A stretch of DNA of 64,000 nt, from contig CAWIPH010000002.1 in NCBI GenBank assembly GCA_963837955.1, forward strand, positions 2,976,001 through 3,040,000. The letters run 5' to 3'. The stretch comes from an uncultured Verrucomicrobiae bacterium. GTDB taxonomy: Bacteria; Verrucomicrobiota; Verrucomicrobiia; Chthoniobacterales; JAFAMB01. Made by a program: the position numbers and the translations under genes. The notes beneath the pieces are model-generated. The model saw only the letters and a program-made list of their open reading frames with translations, was not told the DNA's origin and made no database searches. Positions 1-12,533 of this stretch are shown piece after piece. How positions within the stretch are numbered: position 1 is the stretch's first letter; the number at the start of each line of letters is the position of its first letter.

Positions 1-279
1 AATCAAAAATTGCGAGGATTCTGCAAGTATCTCGGGAAGATTTCGTATCCTCTCTATTTGGTTCATTGGCTAGCCGGCCTACTCGTGGGTCAGTGCGTCC
101 TCCACTCGAACACGCCCAACTGGCCTCTTTTGGTGACGACGCTGCCGGTCGCGTTTGGTTCTGCCTGTCTGATCGTTCACTTCGTTGACCAGCCCATGGA
201 TCGACTTCGAGATCGCATAAAAATCCTATTGCAGCGAAACCGCCCTGCGACCCTGACAAGTTCACCTGCCGCACCGTGA
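1..279 (+). CDS. Acyltransferase family 3 (OafA-like) membrane protein, C-terminal fragment; gene starts before the window
   Basis: GKISYPLYLVH motif followed by a TM helix and 'VDQP', the typical AT3 C-terminus. Similar to the 15258-16346 protein (GLISYSLYLVH...FERP). Confidence 0.8.
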   Translation, partial: NQKLRGFCKYLGKISYPLYLVHWLAGLLVGQCVLHSNTPNWPLLVTTLPVAFGSACLIVHFVDQPMDRLRDRIKILLQRNRPATLTSSPAAP

Positions 280-464
280 TGCAGACCCGTCTGACTAGCG
301 AGAGAGAAAAGTCAGTACGCGCAGTTCGCAGGCGTTTATATAATCACCATACTTGCGGTAACAGGCATCGTTTTGATCAATTTGTTTGGGTATTACTCGA
401 AGATTTTTGACCGAATTGCTAATGACTGAACACTCGTGGTCGACTTGAATAAGAAATACAAAAT

Positions 465-2375
465 ATGCTGCAGCAGGAAGCGGAAAGACCGACTCCGCCA
501 ACGAGTGGCCATGCCTTTAAATTTAGTAACTTCGATCGCGCTGAGGAATCGTCGCGATTCGGCCCAGCGGATCGGTTAGTTCATGATTTACTTGAGGAAC
601 AGGCACGGCTGCGACCAGACACCGTCGCGGTCCGCTATGGTAGCCAATCCCTGACCTATTGGGACCTCAATCTTCGGGCAAATCGCCTGGCGAGTTTCCT
701 AAAATCTCGTGGAGTTAGCCAGGGTGTCTTTGTCGCGCTCTGCGCGGAGCGCTCGCTTGAGCAGATGGTAGCAGTGCCTGCAATTTTGAAAGCTGGCGCC
801 GCCTATGTGCCGCTTGATCCGGCGTATCCGTCCGAACGTCTAGCCTTTATGCTCGAGGACTGTGGTGCGCCTTTGATTTTGACGCAAAGTGCGCTGGCTG
901 GCTCGTTGCCGGCCCACCGAGCCGAAACCGTGCGCCTCGACACGATCGACCTTAGCGCGCCATCTGCCGACGAAAACCCGACCAGATTCGTTTCTCCGGA
1001 GAGCCCCGTTTATATCATCTACACCTCGGGTTCAACCGGTAAACCAAAAGGGGTGGTGATGCCCCATCGTCCGCTGGTCAATTTGTTGCACTGGCAAAAA
1101 CACGTCCTGCCCGCTGCTGCGCGGACTCTGCAATTCGCACCACTGAGCTTCGACGTTTCGTTTCAGGAGATTTTTTCGACTTGGCACGCAGGTGGAACCT
1201 TGTTCTTGATCGATGAGGCGTTACGACGGGACGCATCGCGTCTTTGGGAATTCATCGTGCGCGAAGAAATCGAGCGTCTTTTCTTACCATTTGTTGCGCT
1301 GCAACAGCTTGCTGAAGTCGCCACCCAACCGTGCAAGTTGTGCGACGTTATCACCGCCGGAGAACAATTGCGGATCACGCCGCCGATTCGGCGGATGTTC
1401 CGCAACCTGAAAGGCTCCACCCTCCACAACCATTATGGGCCTTCGGAAACTCATGTTGTAACCGCGTACACCCTCGGAGGTATGCCGGACGATTGGCCAC
1501 CGCTGCCCCCGATCGGTCGGCCGATTCCCAACACGATGATCCATCTGATCGACGAGAATGGCCAAAAAGCGGAGGCCGGTGAATTGTGCATCGGCGGTGA
1601 ATGCTTGTGCCGAGGCTATCTCGACCGGCCGCAACTCACAGCGGACAAGTTTGTGACTCTCGACACCGGCGAGCTCATTTACAAAAGCGGAGACCTCGCA
1701 CGCCGCCTGCCGGACGGCGATCTAGAATTTCTCGGTCGCATAGACGGACAGGCCAAGGTGCGCGGCTTTCGGGTGGAACCTGGAGAAATTGAGATTATGC
1801 TGAGCGAGCATCCCACGGTGCGCGACATAGTCGTTGTCGCGAAATCTGATGCGAGCGGAAACAATCGGCTGATCGCGTACGTCATCGGTGGACAGAATTT
1901 CACCGTCGGCACACTTCGCGACTTCGCCCGACAGAAATTACCTGACTATCTAGTGCCATCGCTGTTCGTTGCGCTACCCGCCTTCCCGCTCACGCCGAGC
2001 GGCAAAGTCGACCGGCGGTCACTCCCGGCGCCCGAAGCATTAACCGCTGTAGGTGGCGTTACCCAGCCGCAAGGAGATCTGGAGAAAACGATCGCCGAAA
2101 TTTGGCGCGAAGCACTTGGTCATTCGAATTTCGGTGCCGACGAGAATTTTTTTGATGCCGGTGGCGATTCGCTGCGCATGACACGGGTCCACGTCAAGCT
2201 GCGTGAGCTTTTTGGCGACAGCCTCGAAATCGCCACGCTTTTCGAGCACCCCACGATCCGTCGCATCTCGTCGCATCTTGGTACGAACCCAAATAACAAT
2301 TTTTCCAAGCAAATTTTAGAGCGCGCTGCGAAGCAGAAACAAGCATTCGCGGCGAAACGAAGACTGGCAACATGA
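465..2375 (+). CDS. Stand-alone NRPS adenylation-thiolation (A-T) loading protein, Pro-like specificity code
   Basis: A-domain cores YTSGSTGKPKG, YGPSE, YKSGD and SGKVDR; PCP GGDSL. Hand-read pocket code DVQFIAHVVK. ATGA overlap with the next gene. Confidence 0.93.
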   Translation: MLQQEAERPTPPTSGHAFKFSNFDRAEESSRFGPADRLVHDLLEEQARLRPDTVAVRYGSQSLTYWDLNLRANRLASFLKSRGVSQGVFVALCAERSLEQMVAVPAILKAGAAYVPLDPAYPSERLAFMLEDCGAPLILTQSALAGSLPAHRAETVRLDTIDLSAPSADENPTRFVSPESPVYIIYTSGSTGKPKGVVMPHRPLVNLLHWQKHVLPAAARTLQFAPLSFDVSFQEIFSTWHAGGTLFLIDEALRRDASRLWEFIVREEIERLFLPFVALQQLAEVATQPCKLCDVITAGEQLRITPPIRRMFRNLKGSTLHNHYGPSETHVVTAYTLGGMPDDWPPLPPIGRPIPNTMIHLIDENGQKAEAGELCIGGECLCRGYLDRPQLTADKFVTLDTGELIYKSGDLARRLPDGDLEFLGRIDGQAKVRGFRVEPGEIEIMLSEHPTVRDIVVVAKSDASGNNRLIAYVIGGQNFTVGTLRDFARQKLPDYLVPSLFVALPAFPLTPSGKVDRRSLPAPEALTAVGGVTQPQGDLEKTIAEIWREALGHSNFGADENFFDAGGDSLRMTRVHVKLRELFGDSLEIATLFEHPTIRRISSHLGTNPNNNFSKQILERAAKQKQAFAAKRRLAT

Positions 2376-5300
2376 GCAACGAAGGCATAGCGATCATTGG
2401 GATAGCCGGGCGATTCCCCGGCGCACCAAACATCGACGAGTTCTGGCGAAACATTTGCGGCGGCGTGGAGTCGATTGCCCGGTTCGATGACCATGAACTC
2501 GTTGCGTCAGGCGTCGATCCCGCCGCGCTGTCCAACCCGTCCTACGTCAAGGCGCGCGGGCTACTCGCGGGGGTTGACTTGTTCGACGCCCAATTTTTTG
2601 GCTTCACGCCACGCGAAGCTGAGTTGATGGATCCGCAGCATCGTGTGTTCCTCGAGACGGCGTGGCATGCACTCGAGGACGCCGGCTACAACTCGGAGAA
2701 ATTCAAGGGCGCGATCGGCGTGTACGCTGGGCTGAGCCTCAACACTTATCTGCTCGCTAATCTTTGCCGGGAGCCAAAAGTTGCTGCAGAACTAACCGCC
2801 AACTATCAAACTGGTGAATACCAGACCCTGCTCGGCAACGACAAAGATTACCTTACCACCCGCGTTTCTTACAAGCTCGATCTCCGCGGCCCGAGCATGA
2901 CCATCCAGACAGCTTGCTCGACATCGCTGGTCGCGGTCGCGCAGGCGTGCCAAAGCCTGCTCAACTATCAGTGTGATATAGCCATGGCAGGTGCGGTCTC
3001 GATTTCGTTCCCGCAAAAACGCGGACATCTGCACGAACAGGGTGGTCTGGCGTCAGATGACGGTCATTGTCGCGCATTCGATGCCAAGGCACAGGGGACT
3101 GTCTTTGGTGACGGCGTGGGCATCGTCGTGCTCAAGCGACTCGACGAAGCGGTCGCCGATCGTGACCACATATATGCCGTAATTACTGGTTACGCCCTGA
3201 ACAACGACGGGGCCTCAAAGGTCGGCTACACCGCACCAAGCGTCAGCGGCCAGGCAGAGGTGATTGCCATGGCACACGCAATGGCGGGAATTGATCCACA
3301 GACGATCAGCTACGTCGAGGCACACGGAACTGCCACACCGATGGGAGATCCGATCGAGATCGCCGGGCTTACCCAGGCGTTTCGGGCAAGTACCGACGCA
3401 AAAAATTTCTGTGCAATTGGTTCGGTAAAAACAAACATTGGTCATCTCGAAGTCGCCGCTGGGGTGGCCGGTCTGATCAAAACCGCCCTTGCGCTCAAGC
3501 ACAATAAGATCCCACCGAGTCTGCATTTCGAGCGGCCTAATTCGCAGATTAACTTTGCCGCCACCCCGTTTTTCGTGGCGTCAAAGCTACTCGGCTGGTC
3601 GCGCAACGGTACACCCCGCCGGGCCGGTGTGAGCTCATTCGGCGTAGGGGGAACAAATGCCCACGTTGTGCTAGAGGAAGCACCGGAAAGCGCTGCCCTA
3701 CTCGCTCCGGATCGCGCCCTGCATCTTCTCTTGCTTTCGGCCAAGACACGCCAATCACTTGAGGCCGCAACGAGCGCACTAGTTCAGCATTTGCAATACC
3801 ACCCCGAACTCGAAATCCCCGACACTGCTTACACGCTGCAGGTGGGACGCAGGCCGTTCGAGCATCGGCGAATGGTGTTCGTCCGCGACGTGGCGGATGC
3901 GATCGAGGTGCTGCACAAGCGCGACGTAGCGCGCGTATTCACGCGGCAGACCTCACCGAGGCCAACGGAGCCTGTGACCGCAAGTGACAGCCTAAGCACG
4001 CTGGCGAATCGCTGGTTGAATGGCGAGGATATCGATTGGGCTGCATTCTATACACAATCAAATGAATTACGCCGTCGCGTGCCGCTCCCCGGATACGTCT
4101 TTGAGCGCAAGAAACATTGGGTTGAACCGGTTAAACTCGGGAATAACGCAGCTCCGGCCGTCGCATTGCAGCCAACGGCTGGCCCAGCCACAGGGTCGCC
4201 TCCCACTTTGAGCTCGTCTCCTTCGACCCAACCCGCACTCGTATCAGACCAAGCCGTGAGCAACGAATCACGAAGGGATCGGATTCTGGCCAAACTCAAG
4301 AGCATACTAAAAAATCTGTCCGGGCAAGAACTGAGTGATGCCGATCCCTCCGCAACATTCTTCGAGCTTGGATTCGATTCGCTCTTCCTGACGCAGGCCG
4401 GCCAGACCTTCCGGAAGGAATTTGGCGTCAAGGTCACATTCAGGCAGCTACTCGAGGAACTGGCTACGCTTGACGCGCTGGCCACTCACCTTGACGAGAA
4501 GCTACCTCCTGACCAGCAGGCGCAACCGAATCCGGTGCTAGCAACTTCTCTCGCAGTAGAAAAACCTGCGCCGCTCGATGCCGGCACCGTGACTCCACAG
4601 CCGGCGGTCCAATCCAGTTTACTCGATCAAATGTCACAACAGCTCGCGGCGATTGCGAAGCAACTCGACGCGTTGCGCGGAGGCCAGGTGAATGCTGGCG
4701 CTAGCACCGGTAGCGCGACGCCATCGAGAATCGAGCCGGTTACCGTCAGCAGCTCAACGAAAGGCTCATCCAACGGAGAACCGAAGCGCTTCGGTCCCTT
4801 CAAGCCGATCGATAAGGTATCATCGAGTGGATTAACCGAACGCCAGCAGAAACATCTTGATACGCTGACAGCTCGCTACAACGCCCGTACACCAAAATCA
4901 AAAACTCAGACCCAAAAGCATCGCCAACAGTTTGCTGACCCACGCGCCGTGTCGAGCTTCAACCGCGCATGGAAAGAGATGGTCTATCCGATTTTTGTGG
5001 AGCGCTCCGAGGGTGCCCGGATGTGGGATGTCGATGGCAACGAATACATCGACCTAACGATGGGGTTTGGCACGAATCTTCTGGGCCACGCGCCGCAATT
5101 CATCAAAGACGCAATTGCTGCACAGCTCACACGCGGAATGGAGGTCGGCCCCTCGACGCCGCTGGCCAGCGACGTTGCTGCGTTGATGTGCGAACTCACC
5201 GGCATGGATCGAGTAGCGTTTTGTAACACCGGCTCTGAAGCCGTGCTGGCCGCCATCCGTGTGGCGCGGACGGTCACTGGCCGGTCCCGCATCGCCACTA

Positions 5301-8300
5301 CCAGCGGTTTCCACGGCATTTGCGACGAGGTGCTCGTGCGCGCGAACGTCATCGACGGCGTCCGGCGTTCGGTCCCGATCGCACCGGGCATTCCCGAACA
5401 TGTCGTGCGCGATGTGCTGGTTGTCGATTACGGGACGTCCGAGTCGCTTGAGATCTTGAGGAAGCACGTTCACGAATTGGCGGCGGTGCTCGTTGAGCCT
5501 GTTCAGAGCCGCCGTCCTGATTTGCAACCCCGCGAATTTTTGCATGAGCTCCGCAAGATCACTCAGGACTCCGAAACTGCTTTAATTTTTGACGAAGTGA
5601 TTACGGGCTTCCGCTGCCATCCGGGCGGTGCCCAGGCCTGGTTCGACGTTAGAGCCGATATTGCCACTTACGGCAAGATAATTGGTGGCGGCATGCCCAT
5701 CGGCGCAGTGGCAGGCAGCGCGCAATTCATGGATGCCCTGGATGGCGGGCACTGGAGCTACGGTGACAACTCGTTCCCGGAAGTCGGTGTGACTTTCTTC
5801 GCGGGTACCTACATTCGGCACCCGCTCACGATGGCCTCATCCTGGGCGATGCTGAGTTATCTCAAAAGAGAAGGACCCGGCTTGCAGGAGCGGCTGAACG
5901 AGCGCACGCGCGAGTTTGTGCGGACGCTCAACACTTTCCTGGTCAAACGAGAGGTGCCGCTGCATATCGAAAACTTCGCATCGCTCTTTTACCTGCACTT
6001 CGACGAGTCAGTCCGCTGGGGCGGTCTACTCTACTATCACCTTCGTGAAAAAGGCATCCACATCTGGGAAGGCAGGCCCTGCTTTCTATCGACCACACAC
6101 ACCGATGCCGACCTGCAAACGATTATCGAGGCATTCAAAGAGAGCGTAATCGAGATGCAGGAAGGCGCATTCCTGCCCGGTGGAGAGAAAACGGACACCG
6201 CGGTCCAACCCGCCCGCGCTGCCCTGGTGCTCTCAAATGGCGCCGCGCCGATATCGGTGGCTGCCTCCAGCGTTTCTGCGTCTCAACTCGACGGGGAGAG
6301 AACCAGCAAGAACTCCGCTGTAGCAGACTCCCCGGCTCCCAGGTTACGAAGCCGCACGATGGAGTTCTCTCTGTATTTCTTTGGCAACTACCCTGCCGAG
6401 TATGCAGAGAACAAATACCGGCTCGTGCTCGAAGCCGCGAAGTTCGCGGACAGCCATGGTTTCACCGCGATATGGCTTCCCGAGCGCCATTTCCATTCAG
6501 TCGGCGGTTTTTCACCAAACCCCGCCGTCATCGCTGCTGCCCTGGCGCGCGAAACCAAGAAATTACAACTGCGTGGCGGTAGCGTCGTAGTCCCGTTACA
6601 TCATCCCGTGCGTGTCGCCGAGGAGTGGTCAGTCGTGGACAACCTCTCGGGCGGACGCGTCGGTATTTCCATTGCGTCTGGATGGCATCCGAATGACTTC
6701 ATTTTCGCGCCAGACAATTTCGATCGTCGACGCGAACTAAACCTGGAACATCTGAGCACAATTCAAAAGCTCTGGCGCGGCGAAGAGATCACTATGAGAG
6801 CCGGAGCTGGCAGTGACTTCAGCTTCCGTATCTTTCCGATGCCAAAGCAGCGTGAACTGCCAATCTGGCTGACGTGCATTCACGCAGAGTCCTTCGTGAA
6901 AGCCGGCGAGCTCGGGATCGGCGTGCTCGGTTACTTGATGAACCAAACTATCGAGGAGGTGTCCGAAAAGATTCGTCTTTACCGAGAGGCCCTCGTCCGG
7001 AACGGGCACGATCCCGCGCGTGGCCACGTAACTATTTTGGTGCATACATTCGTCGGTGAAGACTTGGTTCGCACTCGCGAACAGGCGCGTAAACCGTTGC
7101 GCAATTACTTGCGTTCCTTCCTGGATAACAGTCAGAAGCGGCTCGAGAGCGAGCGCGGACCGGTGAACGTGGACGAAGAGGACGTCGAGTATTTGCTCGA
7201 CCGAGCCTACAACGATTACGTCGAAGGCAAAGCTCTCATCGGCACTCCCGATTCGTGCGCAAAGGTAGTCGAGCATCTGCAATCGATCGGGGTTGATGAG
7301 GTCGGCTGTTTCATCGACTTCGGCGTTGACCATGACTCGGCTCTAGCAGCTCTACTTCCGCTGGTTGAGTTAAAGAGCCGCTTTGAGGATCCGGGAGTAA
7401 GTGACGACTTAACGGCGATGCCAACTGCCCTCCCCTCATCCATCTCCGGTAAAGCTGAGAGTAGCGGGAGTGCATCTCCGGTCGAAGCCTCATGTAAATT
7501 CGGTCGGGTCATACCCTTGACCGAATCTCAACGGGGCCTTTGGGCGCTCGGCACGACGGACTCCCAGGGGTGGCGAGCGTATAATGAAGCCGTAACGCTC
7601 ACGCTGAGCGGCTTGTACGATCACGGAAAGATGCGGCAAGCTCTCCAAAGGGTTGTCGATCGTCACGAGGCCTTGCGCACTTATGTCGGGCCAGAGGGCG
7701 AAACCCAAATCATTACGCGGCGCGCAATTATCGAGGTGCCTCTCGTTGACATGAGCCAACTGCCCGCAGAGGAGCGTGAAGCCAAAGCTAGCGGGTTCCT
7801 CGAAGAGGTTGCCGCCAAACTGTTCGACCCGGGTACAGCGCCATACTTCCGGGCTGTGGTAGTTAAGCTGAGCACAGAGCGTCATCTCTTAGGCCTGACG
7901 TTCCATCACCTCCTCGGCAACGGACCGTCGTACTGGACGTTTCTTGAGGAACTCTGCGGCATCTACGCCGGAGGGATGCAACTTCGGGTACCAATGCAAC
8001 TTGGCGAGTTCGTTCGCCAGCAGCCGGCGCTGACCAGTCCGGATGATAAGACTTTCTGGCTCGCCCAATTTTCCGAGTTGCCGCCCACGCTGGAACTGCC
8101 GCTCGACCGTCCTCGTCCACAGATGCGTTCGTTTAAAGGTGGTCGGGCTGTGACCACCCTCAACGCGGAGCTATGCCGCGCCCTGCGGCAGGTAGGGTCC
8201 ACCAGACGCTGCTCGATGTTTATGACACTCTTTACCGCGTTCAATACTCTCTTGCACCGGCTCACTGGGCAAGACGACGTCGTGGTCGGGGTAGCATACG

Positions 8301-11300
8301 CCAGTGGCATCCGTGAACTCGAAGGTGGCGCCGAACTGTTCGCCAACACGACCAATGTGCTTCCGCTCCGCAGCCGAGTCGAAGCAAATCCGCGATTTAT
8401 CGATCATCTCGATGCAACGAAGACACTGGTTATCGATGCCTCGGAGCATCAGGAATATTTCTTTGGACGCATTCTCGATGCACTGAACCTGCCTCGCGAC
8501 CCTGCGCGCTCCCCCCTCTTCTCCGTTTTGTTCAACTATGAGAGCGGCGAGTTCCGCAAGCAGGCCGCAGGCCTCGATATCGCGCTCGTTACGGAAGGGT
8601 TCCCATATCGTGGCCCACTCGGTACGACGATGTGTGAGCTTTATCTTAATGTTGCAGAAAAGGATGGAGGAGAACTCGAAGTGCAGTGCGATTATTGCTC
8701 CGAGCTCTTCGAGCATCAGACGGTGCAACGCTGGCTGGGACATTTTAAAACGCTACTCACGGGTATCACGGTTGACCCGACACAAAAAGTGCACGAACTC
8801 CCGCTGCTCACCCCGGCAGAACGCGAACAACTGATTGTTGAATGGAATAGGACGGCCACGGAGTTCCCGCGCAACTCAAGTATTGATGAACTTTTTGAAA
8901 AGCAGGCAGAACGGACGCCAGACGCCCTGGCAGTTGAGCATGGAACCATCCGCTTTACTTATCGCGAATTGAACGAGCGAGCGAATCGGCTGGCGCGCGC
9001 TTTGCACGAGGCTGGTGCGCGGGCGGATTCGTTGGTCGGCATCTGCATGGAGCGGTCTGCGGAAATGATCGTGGGAATGATCGCGACTCTCAAGACCGGT
9101 TCCGCTTACCTTCCCATCGATCCGGCGTACCCTCTGGAACGACGCCGACTCATGCTTGAAGGCGCGCCCGTATTATTGACGACCAAAGCGTTCGCAAACG
9201 ATTTCGCCAATTCCCCAGCGCGTGTGGTCCGGGTTGAAGACGTGCATTTCGGCGGCGCCGACTTACCAGCTCTTCCCCGCCATTCAAATGGAGAGAGCCT
9301 GGCTTACGTAATGTATACCTCAGGGTCGACCGGACGACCGAAGGGAACTGCGGTTAAACATTGCGGCGTAACCAGGCTGGTATTGAATACGAATTACGTC
9401 GCTTTCGACACATCGGATGTTGTCGCGCAGGTTTCGAACTGTTGCTTTGACGCAGCAACGTTTGAAACTTGGGGCGCGCTCCTGAATGGTTCTCGGCTAG
9501 TTGTTATCAATCGGGACATTACGCTGTCCCCATCTGATTTTGCTCACGAGATCGAGCAACGAGGAATCACAACGATGTTCCTGACAACCTCATTGTTCAA
9601 TCTGATGGCACAAGAAGCGCCAACGGCTTTCGCGAGAATGCGCAACGTCGTATTCGGTGGCGAAGCGGCCGACCCACGCAGCGTTGCAACCGTGCTGCAA
9701 CGTGGCGCGCCGCAACATCTCGTGAATGGTTATGGCCCGACCGAGACAACAACTTTTGCGGTATGTAATGAAGTGCGGTCCGTCCCAGAGGGAGCAATAT
9801 CAATTCCCATCGGTCGACCAATTTCGAACACGACAATTTATTTGCTCGATCGTCACCTGAATCCCGTCCCAATCGGTGTGGTAGGTGAGCTCTACATTGG
9901 CGGACCCGGAGTTGCTCGCGGTTACCATCGCGCTCCAGAACTTACGGCGGAACGGTTTGTACCTGACCCATTCTCTGCCGAATCGAGTGCGCGCTTCTAC
10001 CTGACTGGAGATCTCGCCAAATGGCTTCCGGATGGCATCATCGATTATGTTGGACGGGTCGACACCCAGGTCAAAATTCGCGGATTTCGTATCGAACCAA
10101 GCGAAATAGAAGCGGTATTAAAACAGTACCCAGCGGTGCGCGACGCCGCTGTAGTCTTGCAAGCAGACACAGTTGGCAACAAGCGGCTGGTCGCTTATGT
10201 CGCCAGCGGACAGTCGCGAGCGAGGGATTCCGAGGTGCGTGATTTTCTTAAAACGAGATTGCCCGATTACATGGTGCCAGCGTTGATCGTTGTTCTGGAA
10301 ACATTGCCGCTCAACTCGAACGGAAAGGTCGATCGAAGCGCACTGCCCGAACCGACGCAACAGAGCGATGGATTCGTCCAACCCAATACACCGCTCCAGC
10401 GAAGACTGGCGGAGATTTGGAAGAGTGTGCTTGGAGTCGAACGCGTCGGTGCAGAGGATAATTTCTTCGAACTCGGAGGTGACTCGCTAACCAGCGTGCG
10501 CGTGGTAAATCAACTACGTGAGCTGACCGGAGAGCGCGTCTCGCCCGTAGTGATTTTACAAGCTCCCACCGTGGCGCTGCTGGCGGAGCTATTAGAGAAA
10601 AATTTTGACCTCGGCGGCGGGTCACAGCGGGAAGACGCGGGTGTAGGCATTGACGACCCCAAAATCGAACAGATGCGCGCACTGATCGAGCCAGCCAAGC
10701 CCTTGGCAATCCTTAACCGAAAGAAGAATCCGCGTGCGATATTCATCCTTAGCCCCATGCGGTCCGGCTCCACACTTACCCGCATAATGCTCTCTGGCCA
10801 CCGGGGTTTGTTCGCACCGCCAGAGCTGCACCTCCTACAGTTTGCAACGTTGTCGGAGCGAGAGACTGGGTTCGCCGGCTATGATCGGTACATGCTGGAG
10901 GGAACCATTCGGGCAATCATGGAGATCGAGCACTGCGATATGGAGCAGGCGAAGGCGCGCATAGCCGACCTGGCAAGCGGCGGTTGCACTGTACCCGACT
11001 TTTATGCACAATTGCAGGAGTGGGTTGCTCCACGAATTCTCGTCGATAAGACTCCCGACTACGCAATGGACATCGAGGTGTTGCGTCGCGCAGAGCAATG
11101 CTTCGAGAACCCGTTTTACGTACATCTCGCGCGGCATCCGCTCGGCATGATTCGCAGTTACGAGAAGGGCCGCCTGATTCTCGAGTCACCCTACCGCGGA
11201 CGTCACAACTTCTCCGGACGCGAAATGGCGGAATTAACTTGGCTGGTTTCGCATGAGAATATTCTGACCTTTCTTAAGGAGATCCCGGACGAGCGGCAGC

Positions 11301-12496
11301 ACCGGATGCAGTTCGAGCAGCTGGTTCGAGAACCCCAAAAGACTTTGGAAGCGTTCTGCACTGCGGCGCAAATCGATTTTGCTCCCGCTATGCTCAGACC
11401 ATACGAGGAAGGGCGCATGACTGATGGTGTGCATCCCGATTCACAGCAGGTCGGCGATCACAAGTTCGCAGAACATAAAGCGGTTCGGGCGGAGGTGGCC
11501 GAGAGCTGGCGCCGCGACTATCGGGAAGATTCGCTCGGTGAGCGAACACTAGCAATCGCCGAAGAGCTTGGTTACTCAACCTACCGCACGGCCACTGTCC
11601 AAAAACCCCCGAGGAGTTTTGCACCACAAGATTGGAAACCGTCGTTGGTACTTATACCGATCCAATCGGGGGGCTCCCGCCCTCCTTTCTTTGGCGTGCA
11701 CGGCGGGTTTGGGTTTGTAATGTTCTACGCGAAGCTGGCGCAATACCTCGGTGCAGACCAACCATTTTACGGTATTCAATCGGAGGGTCTCGACGGTCGC
11801 CCCATCAAAAACACATCGATAGAAGCGATCGCAAGTTATTACCTCGACGAGATCCATAAGGTGCGTCCGGCCGGCCCATATTTCTTAGGTGGCTATTGCC
11901 TTGGCGGCGTGATCGCTTTCGAGATAGCGCAACAACTCCGCGCCGCCGGTGAAGAAGTGGCGCTCCTGGCCCTGTTCGACTCGAACAATCCAGCGCTGCC
12001 GCCGCGCCGTTACACGGTCGCAGAGCGACTGAATCGCGAACTACAAACGGCGTCGGTTCTTTCTCCCGGGAAAAGGCTGCAATATTTCGCCCAGCGCGCT
12101 GCCTTCAAGGTAAACGCTAACTTCAAGAAGTGGGGCGACGATGTGCAGAGCATCTTTTACCGACCTAAACAGACCGAGGTTAGCGAACCTGACCGCGGTT
12201 TGCTGTCGCCGGAGGAACTCTCATCGCAAATCATGCCGGTGCTGGATCAGGCCCGCGCTGTCTATAAGCCGCGCATCTATCTTGGCCGGATGGCGCTCTT
12301 TCGCGCAACGAGAGCTTATGATGGCTATGAATACGCCGACGACCGCGGATGGACCGAGCTTGCAGCAAACGGTCTCGAAATTCATGACATTCCCGGCGAG
12401 CACTCGACGATGTTTCAGCCGCCCAATGTAATTACGACAGCGCAAAAATTAGATGCGTGCATTCGCGCGACCTTCAGCGAACACGTGAGCGTCTGA
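2372..12496 (+). CDS. Hybrid PKS-NRPS: KS(AT-less)-ACP-aminotransferase III-luciferase-like monooxygenase-C-A-PCP-sulfotransferase-TE
   Basis: [38 protein letters not shown] and [18 protein letters not shown] and [48 protein letters not shown] and VDKTP; TE GYCLG. Confidence 0.95.
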   Translation: MSNEGIAIIGIAGRFPGAPNIDEFWRNICGGVESIARFDDHELVASGVDPAALSNPSYVKARGLLAGVDLFDAQFFGFTPREAELMDPQHRVFLETAWHALEDAGYNSEKFKGAIGVYAGLSLNTYLLANLCREPKVAAELTANYQTGEYQTLLGNDKDYLTTRVSYKLDLRGPSMTIQTACSTSLVAVAQACQSLLNYQCDIAMAGAVSISFPQKRGHLHEQGGLASDDGHCRAFDAKAQGTVFGDGVGIVVLKRLDEAVADRDHIYAVITGYALNNDGASKVGYTAPSVSGQAEVIAMAHAMAGIDPQTISYVEAHGTATPMGDPIEIAGLTQAFRASTDAKNFCAIGSVKTNIGHLEVAAGVAGLIKTALALKHNKIPPSLHFERPNSQINFAATPFFVASKLLGWSRNGTPRRAGVSSFGVGGTNAHVVLEEAPESAALLAPDRALHLLLLSAKTRQSLEAATSALVQHLQYHPELEIPDTAYTLQVGRRPFEHRRMVFVRDVADAIEVLHKRDVARVFTRQTSPRPTEPVTASDSLSTLANRWLNGEDIDWAAFYTQSNELRRRVPLPGYVFERKKHWVEPVKLGNNAAPAVALQPTAGPATGSPPTLSSSPSTQPALVSDQAVSNESRRDRILAKLKSILKNLSGQELSDADPSATFFELGFDSLFLTQAGQTFRKEFGVKVTFRQLLEELATLDALATHLDEKLPPDQQAQPNPVLATSLAVEKPAPLDAGTVTPQPAVQSSLLDQMSQQLAAIAKQLDALRGGQVNAGASTGSATPSRIEPVTVSSSTKGSSNGEPKRFGPFKPIDKVSSSGLTERQQKHLDTLTARYNARTPKSKTQTQKHRQQFADPRAVSSFNRAWKEMVYPIFVERSEGARMWDVDGNEYIDLTMGFGTNLLGHAPQFIKDAIAAQLTRGMEVGPSTPLASDVAALMCELTGMDRVAFCNTGSEAVLAAIRVARTVTGRSRIATTSGFHGICDEVLVRANVIDGVRRSVPIAPGIPEHVVRDVLVVDYGTSESLEILRKHVHELAAVLVEPVQSRRPDLQPREFLHELRKITQDSETALIFDEVITGFRCHPGGAQAWFDVRADIATYGKIIGGGMPIGAVAGSAQFMDALDGGHWSYGDNSFPEVGVTFFAGTYIRHPLTMASSWAMLSYLKREGPGLQERLNERTREFVRTLNTFLVKREVPLHIENFASLFYLHFDESVRWGGLLYYHLREKGIHIWEGRPCFLSTTHTDADLQTIIEAFKESVIEMQEGAFLPGGEKTDTAVQPARAALVLSNGAAPISVAASSVSASQLDGERTSKNSAVADSPAPRLRSRTMEFSLYFFGNYPAEYAENKYRLVLEAAKFADSHGFTAIWLPERHFHSVGGFSPNPAVIAAALARETKKLQLRGGSVVVPLHHPVRVAEEWSVVDNLSGGRVGISIASGWHPNDFIFAPDNFDRRRELNLEHLSTIQKLWRGEEITMRAGAGSDFSFRIFPMPKQRELPIWLTCIHAESFVKAGELGIGVLGYLMNQTIEEVSEKIRLYREALVRNGHDPARGHVTILVHTFVGEDLVRTREQARKPLRNYLRSFLDNSQKRLESERGPVNVDEEDVEYLLDRAYNDYVEGKALIGTPDSCAKVVEHLQSIGVDEVGCFIDFGVDHDSALAALLPLVELKSRFEDPGVSDDLTAMPTALPSSISGKAESSGSASPVEASCKFGRVIPLTESQRGLWALGTTDSQGWRAYNEAVTLTLSGLYDHGKMRQALQRVVDRHEALRTYVGPEGETQIITRRAIIEVPLVDMSQLPAEEREAKASGFLEEVAAKLFDPGTAPYFRAVVVKLSTERHLLGLTFHHLLGNGPSYWTFLEELCGIYAGGMQLRVPMQLGEFVRQQPALTSPDDKTFWLAQFSELPPTLELPLDRPRPQMRSFKGGRAVTTLNAELCRALRQVGSTRRCSMFMTLFTAFNTLLHRLTGQDDVVVGVAYASGIRELEGGAELFANTTNVLPLRSRVEANPRFIDHLDATKTLVIDASEHQEYFFGRILDALNLPRDPARSPLFSVLFNYESGEFRKQAAGLDIALVTEGFPYRGPLGTTMCELYLNVAEKDGGELEVQCDYCSELFEHQTVQRWLGHFKTLLTGITVDPTQKVHELPLLTPAEREQLIVEWNRTATEFPRNSSIDELFEKQAERTPDALAVEHGTIRFTYRELNERANRLARALHEAGARADSLVGICMERSAEMIVGMIATLKTGSAYLPIDPAYPLERRRLMLEGAPVLLTTKAFANDFANSPARVVRVEDVHFGGADLPALPRHSNGESLAYVMYTSGSTGRPKGTAVKHCGVTRLVLNTNYVAFDTSDVVAQVSNCCFDAATFETWGALLNGSRLVVINRDITLSPSDFAHEIEQRGITTMFLTTSLFNLMAQEAPTAFARMRNVVFGGEAADPRSVATVLQRGAPQHLVNGYGPTETTTFAVCNEVRSVPEGAISIPIGRPISNTTIYLLDRHLNPVPIGVVGELYIGGPGVARGYHRAPELTAERFVPDPFSAESSARFYLTGDLAKWLPDGIIDYVGRVDTQVKIRGFRIEPSEIEAVLKQYPAVRDAAVVLQADTVGNKRLVAYVASGQSRARDSEVRDFLKTRLPDYMVPALIVVLETLPLNSNGKVDRSALPEPTQQSDGFVQPNTPLQRRLAEIWKSVLGVERVGAEDNFFELGGDSLTSVRVVNQLRELTGERVSPVVILQAPTVALLAELLEKNFDLGGGSQREDAGVGIDDPKIEQMRALIEPAKPLAILNRKKNPRAIFILSPMRSGSTLTRIMLSGHRGLFAPPELHLLQFATLSERETGFAGYDRYMLEGTIRAIMEIEHCDMEQAKARIADLASGGCTVPDFYAQLQEWVAPRILVDKTPDYAMDIEVLRRAEQCFENPFYVHLARHPLGMIRSYEKGRLILESPYRGRHNFSGREMAELTWLVSHENILTFLKEIPDERQHRMQFEQLVREPQKTLEAFCTAAQIDFAPAMLRPYEEGRMTDGVHPDSQQVGDHKFAEHKAVRAEVAESWRRDYREDSLGERTLAIAEELGYSTYRTATVQKPPRSFAPQDWKPSLVLIPIQSGGSRPPFFGVHGGFGFVMFYAKLAQYLGADQPFYGIQSEGLDGRPIKNTSIEAIASYYLDEIHKVRPAGPYFLGGYCLGGVIAFEIAQQLRAAGEEVALLALFDSNNPALPPRRYTVAERLNRELQTASVLSPGKRLQYFAQRAAFKVNANFKKWGDDVQSIFYRPKQTEVSEPDRGLLSPEELSSQIMPVLDQARAVYKPRIYLGRMALFRATRAYDGYEYADDRGWTELAANGLEIHDIPGEHSTMFQPPNVITTAQKLDACIRATFSEHVSV

Positions 12497-12533
12497 TCGA
12501 CCTAACAGCCGACACTCTCGTCCTCTAAATACG

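Noticed and set aside
1163..12445. Numerous short antisense or alternate-frame ORFs within the NRPS/PKS genes
   Set aside because: They are shadows of long motif-bearing CDSs and have no recognisable domains.
10730..12470. CurM-type terminal alkene (olefin synthase) assignment
   Set aside because: ST-TE follows an NRPS module and the megasynthase has no KR to provide the beta-hydroxy acyl substrate.
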